Shown here piece after piece: positions 49,445-58,531 of a stretch of DNA of 64,000 nt (positions within the stretch are counted from its first letter, which is position 1; every line of letters begins with the position of its first letter). The position numbers were made by a program, and so were the translations under genes. The notes beneath the pieces were generated by a model. The model was not told the origin of the DNA, searched no databases, and was given only the letters and a program-made list of their open reading frames with translations. Origin of the DNA: an uncultured Candidatus Binatia bacterium (GTDB lineage Bacteria; Desulfobacterota; Binatia; UBA9968; JAJDTQ01); the NCBI GenBank assembly GCA_965215605.1, contig OZ244070.1, positions 1,088,001 to 1,152,000 on the forward strand. Direction: 5' to 3'.

Positions 49445-50437
49445 CTAAAGCCCCAGGAAACGCAGGCAGTTGGCGGACGACACCCACTCGCGCTCCTCGG
49501 CGGTGAGGTTCAACTCGTTGAACTCGTCGTCCGGCGACTGTTCCCGGAACATGAACGGATAGTCCGAGCCGATGACCACCTGGCTCGCGCCGACCGTGTC
49601 GATGAGATAACGGACCGTGCGATTGTCGAAGAACACGTCGTCGTAGAAGAACATGCGGGCGTAATCCGAGGGCTTCCGGGGCATGAGCGCGTGGAATCGG
49701 GGATTGTTGTGCCACGCGTTCTCCAGGCGCGGCAGGAGCTGGGTGAAGGTGCCGCCGCCGTGGCTGAAACAGAGCCGCAGCCCAGGACAGGCTTCCATGA
49801 GGCCGCCGGTGACCATGCTGGCGATGCCCAGGGCGCCTTCCAGCGGGAACGCCACGATGTTCTCGATGAACGGCGGCCCGGTCACCCGGTCCATGAAGGT
49901 GACGTGCTGGGCGTGGACGAAGATGGGCACGTCCAACTCCTCGGCGGCCTTGAAGAAGGGCAGGAACTCGGGCTCGCCGAGGCTCTTGCCGTTGACGTTG
50001 CTCAGCAACTCGACGCCGTGGAGTCCCAGGGACTTGACCCGCCGCAGCTCCGCGGCGGCGAGGTCCACGTCTTGCAGCGGCACCGAGCCCAGAGCGTAGA
50101 AGCGTTCCGGCGCCTGGTCCACCATGCGCATCTCCACCTCGTTCAGGTAACGCGCGAGGTCGAGTCCGTCCCGAGGATCCAGACGGTAGGCCAGAAGTTC
50201 CGGCATTGGCGACAGCACCTGGCGGTCCACCGCGTAGTCCGCCTCGGCCATCTCCCGCAGACGCCGGGGCACGGACCAGCAGCGGTCCAGCACGGTGCGG
50301 AAGTTCCGGCCCGCGATCATGACGTTGGCGGTTTCCGGCCCGGTGTGGTCCATGGAAGGCCAGCGGTTGCCGGCGGCGCGATTCCCCACCGGAGGGAAGT
50401 GTTCGGGCACGATGTGGGTGTGAACGTCGATGACCAT
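49445..50437 (-). CDS. Amidohydrolase 2 family (ACMSD-like decarboxylase)
   Basis: IDVHTH, VPLQD, IFVH, SHGGG, GSDYPF. Confidence 0.87.
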   Translation of the reverse strand: MVIDVHTHIVPEHFPPVGNRAAGNRWPSMDHTGPETANVMIAGRNFRTVLDRCWSVPRRLREMAEADYAVDRQVLSPMPELLAYRLDPRDGLDLARYLNEVEMRMVDQAPERFYALGSVPLQDVDLAAAELRRVKSLGLHGVELLSNVNGKSLGEPEFLPFFKAAEELDVPIFVHAQHVTFMDRVTGPPFIENIVAFPLEGALGIASMVTGGLMEACPGLRLCFSHGGGTFTQLLPRLENAWHNNPRFHALMPRKPSDYARMFFYDDVFFDNRTVRYLIDTVGASQVVIGSDYPFMFREQSPDDEFNELNLTAEEREWVSSANCLRFLGL

Positions 50438-50497
50438 TAACGAAACTCCCGATGGGTAATTGAACGGCGATCCACTATTTCGAAATTCAGGGTCCGG

Positions 50498-51787
50498 TTA
50501 CGCGGCATCGGGCTGGGGCGGGGCGATGATGAACAGACTCAGGAACCCGGATATCACCAGCGTCACGGCAAAGAGCGCGAAGGAAACCGTATAGCTGCCC
50601 AGCCAGTCGAAGAGAAAGCCGAAGAACGGCGGCCCCAGCGCCGCGAACCCGTGGATCAACAGGAAACCGAGGCCGCGGATGCTGCCCATGGACAGCCGTC
50701 CGAAGAACCGCGCCCACATCAGATCGGGCAGCACCATGTTACCACCGAGCCCGACCCCGTAAAAGAAGAAGCCGGCGTACACCAGAGCCAGCGAGTCGGA
50801 CGTGATGGCCAGGGTCAGGCCGGCCGCCTGGATCAGGAACTTGACCAGGGTGGCCCGGCGCACGTCCGCGCGCTCGGCGATCAGGCCCCAGACCAGCGGT
50901 GAGGCGAGCTGGGTCAATGCGATGATTCCCATGATCCCGGCGGCACCGTGAGGCGAGTAACCGAGGTCCGTGACATAGGGGAACACGTGCAGGTTGAGGC
51001 CGGTGACGCCGACGGACGACACGCCGAAAACCGCGACGATGAGCCAGAAGGCGCGGGTTCGCAGCCCGGCCTTCCGGCTCCAGATCCGGTCCTCGGCAGC
51101 GGCCCGCGCAAGCGGCCGCGCCGCCTCACGCTGGGCCACGACCTCGGGATGCAATCCGTCGGGATGGAGTCCCATGTCCTCGGGCGAGCGCCGGATGTAG
51201 ATCAGCGCCGGAGCCACGAGTAGCACGGTCAACCCACCGAACAGCGCCCAGGTGTGGCGCCAGCCCAGCGACACCAGCAGCGACGCCACCAGGAACGGCA
51301 TGACGATCTTGGCGAACCCGATCCCCATGCTGGAGAACGCGATGGCGCGGCCGCGCTTCTGGATGAACCACCGGCAGATCATGACGTTGATCACCATGTA
51401 ACCGAGCAAGGCATCGCCCACGGTCACAAAGGTCCAGCGCACCAGCACGAAGTGCCAGAAGACCTCGGCCTGGCTCAGCAGAAGATAGCCCACCGCCGCC
51501 ACCAACGCTCCCACGGTCACGAGCCATCGGCTGCCGTGCCGGTCCACCAGCGTCCCCACGACAGGCGCCATGGACGCGCTGATGATCCCCTCGCCCGAGC
51601 GTAGCAGGGAGAAGACACCGCGGGACACGCCCAGATCCGCGGCAAGGGGCTTGAGAAAGATGCTCAGGGTGCTGGCCAGGGCGAAGGAGGAGGTGACGTT
51701 GGCGATGAACCCGACGGCGACGATGTACCAGCCGTAGTAGATCCGGCCCGGTGCATGTGCGCGGTGTGTTGAACCGCCTGTGATCAC
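50498..51787 (-). CDS. MFS transporter
   Basis: YYGWYIV, GTLVDRHGSR, WF..KRGRA, about 12 TM segments. Confidence 0.9.
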   Translation of the reverse strand: MITGGSTHRAHAPGRIYYGWYIVAVGFIANVTSSFALASTLSIFLKPLAADLGVSRGVFSLLRSGEGIISASMAPVVGTLVDRHGSRWLVTVGALVAAVGYLLLSQAEVFWHFVLVRWTFVTVGDALLGYMVINVMICRWFIQKRGRAIAFSSMGIGFAKIVMPFLVASLLVSLGWRHTWALFGGLTVLLVAPALIYIRRSPEDMGLHPDGLHPEVVAQREAARPLARAAAEDRIWSRKAGLRTRAFWLIVAVFGVSSVGVTGLNLHVFPYVTDLGYSPHGAAGIMGIIALTQLASPLVWGLIAERADVRRATLVKFLIQAAGLTLAITSDSLALVYAGFFFYGVGLGGNMVLPDLMWARFFGRLSMGSIRGLGFLLIHGFAALGPPFFGFLFDWLGSYTVSFALFAVTLVISGFLSLFIIAPPQPDAA

Positions 51788-51918
51788 CTGTCACGGGTAG
51801 CAGGGTTTGCAGGTGATAGGAAGCGCGGCGGCGGCAACTGGACCGGGGCAAAATGGACCCGACGGCCGGTTTGGTGTAGATTCCCGGCACGTCCGCAAAC
51901 ATGGAAAGGGAGACCCAC

Positions 51919-52830
51919 ATGCGTGTATTGATTACCGGGGCCGGGTTGATCGGCTCCCACGTGGCCGCGGAACTGGTTTCACGCGGCGATGAGGTGACGT
52001 TTTTCGACGTGGTGGCCAAGCCCGACTACGTCCGGCACGTCACCGGCAAGGACCTGCCGCTGATTCGGGGCGACATTTGCGATCTGGCGGCGTTGATGGA
52101 CGCCTTTCTGACGGTCAAGCCCGAGTGCGTCATCCACCTAGCCGCCTCTGTCGGAGAGTCCAACATCCCCAACCTCTATGCCGGGTTCCAGGTCAACCTG
52201 GTGGCCACCCTCAACGTGGCGGAAGCCCTCCGGCTCGCCGGCGTAGGGCGGCTGGTGCATGCCAGCACCCAGGCCGTGTATCGGGACGCCGACGCCGGAG
52301 AGTTGCTGCGGGAAGACTCGCCCCAGGACGGCCGCGGCCGGGTGTACAACTCCTCGAAGGTGGCGTGCGAGCACGTGCTCAGGACCTTTGCGGCCCGACA
52401 GGCCTTCGAGCTGGTCATGTTGCGCTTCGCTGGCGTGTACGGGTACCGGGCGGTAGCCGGAGGCCCGGGGGTAGCCGTGCAGCAGGCCGTCTGGGCTGCC
52501 ATGGCCGGCGAGGACGCGGTGCTCAACGCCTACGAGACCGTGGACTTCGTCTACGTCAAGGACCTCGCCGACGGCATCGCTCGAGCGGTGCACGCCACGC
52601 CGCTCTCCCACGACGTCTACAACCTGGGCAGCGGCACGCTTACCACCGCGGAGGACGTGGAGGCGGCGCTCCACGCGATCTTCCCGGACATCCGCCTCAG
52701 CCGGGGGACGCTTACGCCGGCGCGGCCCCGGATGGACATCACCCGGGCCGGGAACGAGCTGGGCTACGCGCCCGAGTACAAGCTCGAGGCGGGCCTGCGG
52801 GACTACATCGCGGAGTTGAACCGGGAGTGA
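51919..52830 (+). CDS. NAD-dependent epimerase/dehydratase
   Basis: [26 protein letters not shown]. Confidence 0.88.
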   Translation: MRVLITGAGLIGSHVAAELVSRGDEVTFFDVVAKPDYVRHVTGKDLPLIRGDICDLAALMDAFLTVKPECVIHLAASVGESNIPNLYAGFQVNLVATLNVAEALRLAGVGRLVHASTQAVYRDADAGELLREDSPQDGRGRVYNSSKVACEHVLRTFAARQAFELVMLRFAGVYGYRAVAGGPGVAVQQAVWAAMAGEDAVLNAYETVDFVYVKDLADGIARAVHATPLSHDVYNLGSGTLTTAEDVEAALHAIFPDIRLSRGTLTPARPRMDITRAGNELGYAPEYKLEAGLRDYIAELNRE

Positions 52831-52884
52831 CGGCGTAGGATCGGCACCTCCTCACCCCGGCGGACCGTCACCCCCGGCGCCCCG

Positions 52885-54564
52885 TTACGCGACGCTCCGC
52901 GTGGCGGCGGCCTCGGTCAGGGTCGTGGTGGGGGAGACGTACTCCAGATCCGTCAGCACCTCGATGAGGGCGGGGCCGGGGGCGGCCAGGGCCTGCTTCA
53001 ACGCTGGCAGGAACTCTTCATCGCGGCTGACCTTGATCCCCAGGGCGCCGTAGCCGTTTGCCAGGGCGGCGAAGTCGGGGTTCACGAGGTCCGTGCCGTA
53101 GTTCCGGCCCGGGTACTGGGCCTCCTGGTCCATGCGGATGGTGCCGTAGGAGCCGTTGGCGTACACCATCACGATGATCTTCACGCCGTACTGGCGGGCG
53201 GTGGCGATCTCCTGTCCGGTCATCAGAAAGCCGCCGTCGCCCACGTGGGCGATGACGGTCCGTTCCGGATGGGCCAGCTTGGCGGCCACCGCGCCGGGGA
53301 CCCCCGTGCCCATGCTGCCCAGGCTGGGGACGATGTAGGAATCGGCGTGGTCGAACTCGAGGTAGCGCTGCACCCAGCCGCCGAAGCTCCCGGCGTCGTG
53401 GGTGTGGATGGTATCCGGCGGCACGGTGGCCTTGATGTCCGCCATGACCCGCTCCATGGAGACCGCGCCGGTGGGGCGCTCGGGTGGCGTCGCGTAGCGC
53501 CGCTGCCGGGCGTGGTAGTCGGCGATCCAGGCGGCTCGGGCCTCGTTGGGGCCGAGGGCCTCGTATGCCAGCGCCGCGGCCAGCGTTTGTGCCGGGTCCG
53601 CGTTCAAGGCCAGGTCCGGACGGAAGTTCTGCCCGATATTGCCGGCGTCGGCGTCAATCTGAATGGTCGCCAGCCCGGAATGGGGCAAAGTGTAACCGCC
53701 GGAAACCTGCTGGTTGAACCGGCACCCCACGATCAGCAGGAGGTCGGCTTCGTCCCGCACGATCTGCTTTGCGTGGTTGTTGCGGCTTCCGAGATTGCCC
53801 ACGTAGTGAGGATGCGTGTTGGGAAACACGTCCTGGCGCTTGAACGCGCTCAGCACCGGCATCTGGAACTTCTCGGCAAAGGCCACCAGTCCGTCGCGGG
53901 CGCGGGCGTACTGGGCGCCCGAGCCCGCCAGCAACACCGGCTTCTCCGCGCGGTTGACCCGTTCCACCATTTCCCGGACCAGCTCCGGATCGGGGCTGGG
54001 ACGCACCGCGGGGTAGGACTCCACCATGGTGATGTCCGCCTCCTCCTCCAGCATGTCCCTGGGGAGCGAGACCACCACCGGCCCCGGGCGGCCCGACCGC
54101 GCCACGTGGAACGCCCGGGCCATGATGCGCGGCACTTCCCGCGGGTCGTTGATCTCGATGACCCACTTGGCGATGCTGCCGAAGAAATGCGTGTAGTCGA
54201 TCTCCTGGCCGGACTCCTTGCCCCGGTGCGCCCGCGCCACCTGCCCGATGAGCAGGATCAACGGGGTCGAGTCGTACTTGGCCAGGTGCACCCCGATGCT
54301 GGCGTTGGTGGCGCCGGGGCCGCGAGTGACCATGCACACGCCCGGCGCGCGGGTGGTCTTGCCGTAGGCCTCGGCCATGAGGCAGGCGCTGCCCTCGTGC
54401 CGGTTGGTGACGAGAGTGATCTCGGGTACATCCCTCAACCCGTCCAGCAGGGCGATGTAGCTCTCGCCCGGCACGGAAAAGGCGTGGCGCACCCCTTCGT
54501 TGCGTAGCGACCACGCCACCGCGTGGCCACCCGACATCCTGCGGCTCTCTTGATCGACGCTCAC
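52885..54564 (-). CDS. Thiamine pyrophosphate-binding enzyme
   Basis: VPGESY, RHEGSA, TRGPGATNA, GDGGFLMTGQE...NGSYGTIR. Confidence 0.9.
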   Translation of the reverse strand: MSVDQESRRMSGGHAVAWSLRNEGVRHAFSVPGESYIALLDGLRDVPEITLVTNRHEGSACLMAEAYGKTTRAPGVCMVTRGPGATNASIGVHLAKYDSTPLILLIGQVARAHRGKESGQEIDYTHFFGSIAKWVIEINDPREVPRIMARAFHVARSGRPGPVVVSLPRDMLEEEADITMVESYPAVRPSPDPELVREMVERVNRAEKPVLLAGSGAQYARARDGLVAFAEKFQMPVLSAFKRQDVFPNTHPHYVGNLGSRNNHAKQIVRDEADLLLIVGCRFNQQVSGGYTLPHSGLATIQIDADAGNIGQNFRPDLALNADPAQTLAAALAYEALGPNEARAAWIADYHARQRRYATPPERPTGAVSMERVMADIKATVPPDTIHTHDAGSFGGWVQRYLEFDHADSYIVPSLGSMGTGVPGAVAAKLAHPERTVIAHVGDGGFLMTGQEIATARQYGVKIIVMVYANGSYGTIRMDQEAQYPGRNYGTDLVNPDFAALANGYGALGIKVSRDEEFLPALKQALAAPGPALIEVLTDLEYVSPTTTLTEAAATRSVA

Positions 54565-54783
54565 CGGTTCACCCCCGACCTTTCTCGGACTTCACGGTTT
54601 GGTGCATTCGAGGCCGAGCTTTCGGTGTGCTGGAATTCATGGCCGTCCTCCTGATCGTGCGGCACGCGTTGAATCCCCTAACGCATTTGTTGCCGTGGGG
54701 CAAGGAACGAAAACCGGTTTTGCGGCCGGCCAGCCCTCTTCCGTTGACTCCGGCAAGGGTTCCCAACTATTGAATCGACCAGC

Positions 54784-55209
54784 ATGCACTCTGCCTTTCT
54801 GGACCGCTACATCGAGTTCACGTTGCGCCGCCGATGGCTGGTCCTCGCGTCGTCCGCGGCGGTCATGCTGATTCTGACGGCCGGCCTCCAGTTCATCAAC
54901 ATCTCCAACGACTGGCGCGACATGCTGGACGAGGACAATCCTCAACTGGTTGCGTACGACGCCCTGGAGGATACCTATACGGCGACCAATGCGGCGGTGA
55001 TCGCGTTGGCGCCCAAGGGGGGCTCGGTCTTCACCCGGGAGGCCCTCGGCGCCATCGAGGAGCTGACCGAGGCCGCGTGGCAGGTGCCCTGGTCCAGCCG
55101 GGTGGACTCCCTCACCAACTACAACCACAGCGAGTCGGTCGACGACGACCTGAACGTCGAGCGGCTCGTGGACGGCGCCGAATCGCTCAGCGATGAAGAC
55201 CTCGCGCGA
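54784..55209 (+). pseudogene. Truncated MMPL/RND transporter (first TM and start of periplasmic loop only)
   Basis: RRRWLVL-TM...DNPQLVAYDALEDTY...RVDSLTNY; after about 142 aa the frame runs into the antisense of the methyltransferase fragment. Confidence 0.75.
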
Positions 55210-55671
55210 GCTGCACGTCACGTAATCGACCATGCCGTCGAGCCCCGCCTCGCGGTTCAACGTTCTCGCCTTCTCCAACTGGATCGCATTGTTGTTGATC
55301 CCCACAACCCTGGCGCCGGACTCATTGACGACCCGGCGCATCGGGCCGCCGATCCCGCAACCGACGTCGACCACGGTCATGCTCTCTCGCAACTCCAGCT
55401 TGGCGATCATCAACCGTTGATGCCGGACAATGGAGTCCTCCAGGCTCTCCTGCGGTGTCAGCGGCGCAAAGTGCAGGGATTCGCTCCAACCCCACACCAT
55501 GAACTCGCTGCAGAGGTCATAGTAGTCCTTCACCGTTTCGGTATGGTCGTACCCCCTCGCGGACTCCGGCGTCGCCCGGTCGATCCAGCCGTCGAAGTGT
55601 TGCACGCGACGGCTCACGTTCGACCCGTGGTACGCCTGCTTGAGCGCGTTTGACAGTTTGCCGAATTGCAT
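55208..55671 (-). pseudogene. Truncated sterol 24-C-methyltransferase-like gene
   Basis: YYDLCSEFMVWGWSESLHFA, SIVRHQ, VDVGCGIGGPMR, VGINNN match the Erg6/SMT N-terminal half; the C-terminal half is absent. Confidence 0.8.
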
Positions 55672-55862
55672 ACGGTTTGCCCTCCCCCACCTCGGATTCC
55701 TGGTTTCTCGGACAGGCTCCCACGCGGGCCTTAGCCCAACTCGTCGGTCTGGGGGTTGAGTGAATTCGTACCACCGGCCCGACGGCTGTGCTAGATTGAT
55801 GGCAAATTTGATAAGCAACATTCTCGTCAGGAGGGGAGACAAAGGCTCTCTCGACAGACGGC

Positions 55863-56918
55863 ATGGCGACCCGGCAACTCAGTCTGCCGGAAGAGCTTCT
55901 GTTGATGCTCTTCAACGGAGAGTCCGGCTACTTTCACCAGGTGCCCGGGTGGGACCTGAACTGCGCCGCCGTCGGCGCGATGCTCGCGGAGTTGTCGCTG
56001 GTATCCCGCATCGACACCGACATGGAGTCCATGATCCTCCTGGACCGGACAGAGGTGGGCGACCCCGTCCTCGACCCCATTCTCAAGGAGATCGCCGAAG
56101 ATCCCGTCCAACGGAACGCCCGGTACTGGATCGAACGGCTCGCTCCACGGGCGGAGTCCATCGTGGACATGACGTTGAACCGTCTTGTCCGCATGAAAAT
56201 CCTGGAGCACCACCAGGGCGACTTCTGGACGTTTTCTCGACCGGCCGGCCAAGCCGCCGCGGCCGCCGGAAACGACGAGGGCACGGCGGTGAAATTCGTG
56301 ACGTCGCGCATCACGAACGTGATCCTCCATAATGAGACTCCCACCCCGAGAGACATCATCATCGTCGGCCTCCTTAATACGTGCGACGTCCTGCGCTTCA
56401 TGTTCCAGCTCGATGACGCATCCGAGGCGCGTATCAAGGTCATCTGCCAGTTGGAACTGATCGGCCGTTCCATCGCCGAGGCGGTGGCTCACAACCTTGC
56501 CGGGCCGCTGCTTCGCCATTCCGCCCTGACCAAGAAGATTCCGGCCGTCCCTTTGCGTAAAGTGCTGCTCAATCCACATGTTCGCAAGGGCAACATCTTC
56601 ATCGCGCAGACCGCCACGCATTACATGAGCGACGTTTTCCCGGAACCTTTCAAATTCGACATCGACCGTTATCTGCCTTCGCGCAACGAGCACCATAGTG
56701 CCGGGTACGCCCCTTACGGGCTGGGCACGCACACCTGTCTCGGCTCCTGGTGGTTGGAACTGCAATTGGCCATCAACGTGCTGATGGTCGCGCATTACTT
56801 CACGATCGAGGTGGCCCCCGCGGACTTCAAGTTGCGGTTCAATCCCCTTCCGTCGATGAAGCCCAGCAAGAAGCTGCAATTCCGCGTGTCCGAACAGAGG
56901 CGTGAAATTCGCGCCTGA
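55863..56918 (+). pseudogene. GPP34(GOLPH3-like)-cytochrome P450 fusion with large in-frame internal deletion
   Basis: LSLPEELLL...GAMLAEL...RI GPP34 domain, then near 56596 directly FPEPFKFDIDRY...PYGLGTHTCLG (P450 heme Cys); I-helix and ExxR absent. Confidence 0.72.
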
Positions 56919-56981
56919 CGCGTCATCGCCGCTCCCCCGCACCTGGATCCTGCGACGTTCGCCTAATCGAAAGGAAGCAAC

Positions 56982-57665
56982 ATGCCGGATGGAATCGAAC
57001 AGCTCAACGAGGACATCATCGCGGCCGCCAGGATCCTGAGCCGTGAGGGGCTGGTGCAGGGATTCGGACACGTGAGCGCGCGGATTCCGGACTCGGACCT
57101 GTTCGTGATCACGCCGCGGGTCGCCCTGGAACTGGTGGAGCCCGGACAACTGGTGGTGATGAATCTCCAGGGCCAGGTGCTGGAGGCGCCGGTGCCGCCG
57201 TCCTTCGAGACCGCGCTCCACACGGCCATCTTCAACGCCCGGCCCGACGTCAACGCCATCGCGCGGATCCACGCGAGGACCGCCAACATGTTCTCGGTGA
57301 CGGACACCCCCCTGGAAGCGGTGCACAACCACGGCAGCTTCTTCAGCGGCGGCGTGCCGGTATTCAGGACCATCGACCTCATCTCCACCCGTGAACTGGG
57401 CGAAGGCGCGGCCGCGGCGCTGGGGGATGCGGCCGCGGTGCTGTTGCAGGGGAACGGCCAGGTGACGGTGGGGAGGACCATGCCGGAAGCGGTGATGATG
57501 GCCATCTACCTGGAGGAAGCGGCGCACGTGCTCTATGGCGCCATGCAGATAGGCACGCCGCGTTTCCTCCCCCGGGAAGCCGCCGGCTCCCGGCAGAAGG
57601 AGGCCCTGCCGCCGCCGGACATGGAACGCGCCTGGAACTTCTTCAAGAGCCGGGTGGGGATGTAG
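56982..57665 (+). CDS. Class II aldolase/adducin family protein
   Basis: GFGHVSARIP, ETALHTAIFNARPDVNAI. Confidence 0.85.
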   Translation: MPDGIEQLNEDIIAAARILSREGLVQGFGHVSARIPDSDLFVITPRVALELVEPGQLVVMNLQGQVLEAPVPPSFETALHTAIFNARPDVNAIARIHARTANMFSVTDTPLEAVHNHGSFFSGGVPVFRTIDLISTRELGEGAAAALGDAAAVLLQGNGQVTVGRTMPEAVMMAIYLEEAAHVLYGAMQIGTPRFLPREAAGSRQKEALPPPDMERAWNFFKSRVGM

Positions 57666-57686
57666 CCACTCTCCTTCTCCCCGCCC

Positions 57687-57714
57687 CTGGATTCCCGCTT
57701 TCGCGGGAATGACG
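57687..57714. repeat. GTCATTCCCGC-family REP-like palindrome (reverse orientation)
   Basis: CTGGATTCCCGCTTTCGCGGGAATGACG. Confidence 0.8.
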
Positions 57715-57727
57715 TTTCCGAAACAAG

Positions 57728-57763
57728 AACGCCATGCCGGCGACAACGTCGGCATGGCGTTTT
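57728..57763. terminator. Probable bidirectional terminator between convergent genes
   Basis: AACGCCATGCCGGCG-ACAA-CGTCGGCATGGCGTT stem with T-rich flanks on both strands. Confidence 0.6.
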
Positions 57764-57784
57764 GACTTCAAACGGCTCCGGAGA

Positions 57785-58492
57785 TCAGCCGGCGAACTCG
57801 ACGTCGAGCTTGGCGGTCTCCCCGTCCTTGACCTCGACTTCCTTGGTCTGCGTGCCGAGCTTCTCGTGCCAGATCTGTACCTGGTATTTGCCGGCGGGCA
57901 CGTCGGTGAGGCTGAAGGCGCCGTCCTCGCCGGTGACGCTGTAGTAGGGATTGCCGGCCACGAAGATCCAGCCGCTCATCCAGCCGTGGACGTCGCACTT
58001 GACTTCCATGATCTCCGGCTTGTCGAACTTCACCTTCAGCTTTTTCTTGAACTTGGGCTGCGCCCGGTTCATGGGCTTGTTGGTCTTGCTGTAGGTGTGG
58101 ATGTTGTGCAGCACCTTGTCCGGATTGAGGATGGTGACGTCGGCGCCGGCGGCGACGGCCAGGACGTGCGGTTGATACACACAACCGTTCTGGTCCAGGG
58201 TGACCCCTTTCTTCTCCAGCTTCTGGCCGCCCTTGACCTCGGCGATGTACACCACCACGTTCTTCAGCTTACCGTCCTTGACCACCAGCGACTCGTCGAA
58301 CTTGGGCGACTTGTCACAGCGCTTCTTGTCCTTGGTGACCTTGAGCTTCTTCGGCTCCGGGGCGGTGCCCTTGAAGAGCACGGCGCCGGAGATGGTGCCG
58401 CCGGCGGCGAAGGCGCTCTGGTAGGCGCCCAAGGTCAGCGTGACGGTCATCACGAGTGCCGATGCGGCGAGCAATGAAAACCTGCGGTTCAT
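57785..58492 (-). CDS. Exported carboxypeptidase-regulatory-like / cupredoxin-like protein
   Basis: Signal peptide; LDQNGCVYQPHV, LHNIH, KCDVHGWM, WHEKLG. Confidence 0.8.
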   Translation of the reverse strand: MNRRFSLLAASALVMTVTLTLGAYQSAFAAGGTISGAVLFKGTAPEPKKLKVTKDKKRCDKSPKFDESLVVKDGKLKNVVVYIAEVKGGQKLEKKGVTLDQNGCVYQPHVLAVAAGADVTILNPDKVLHNIHTYSKTNKPMNRAQPKFKKKLKVKFDKPEIMEVKCDVHGWMSGWIFVAGNPYYSVTGEDGAFSLTDVPAGKYQVQIWHEKLGTQTKEVEVKDGETAKLDVEFAG

Positions 58493-58531
58493 ATCAGTCT
58501 CTCCTCTTGCCGAATTGTCCATGGTTTCAGG

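Noticed and set aside
54637-55842. 401-aa and 289-aa overlapping ORFs as genuine novel fusion proteins
   Set aside because: Each consists of a truncated gene plus antisense read-through of the other across a deletion junction
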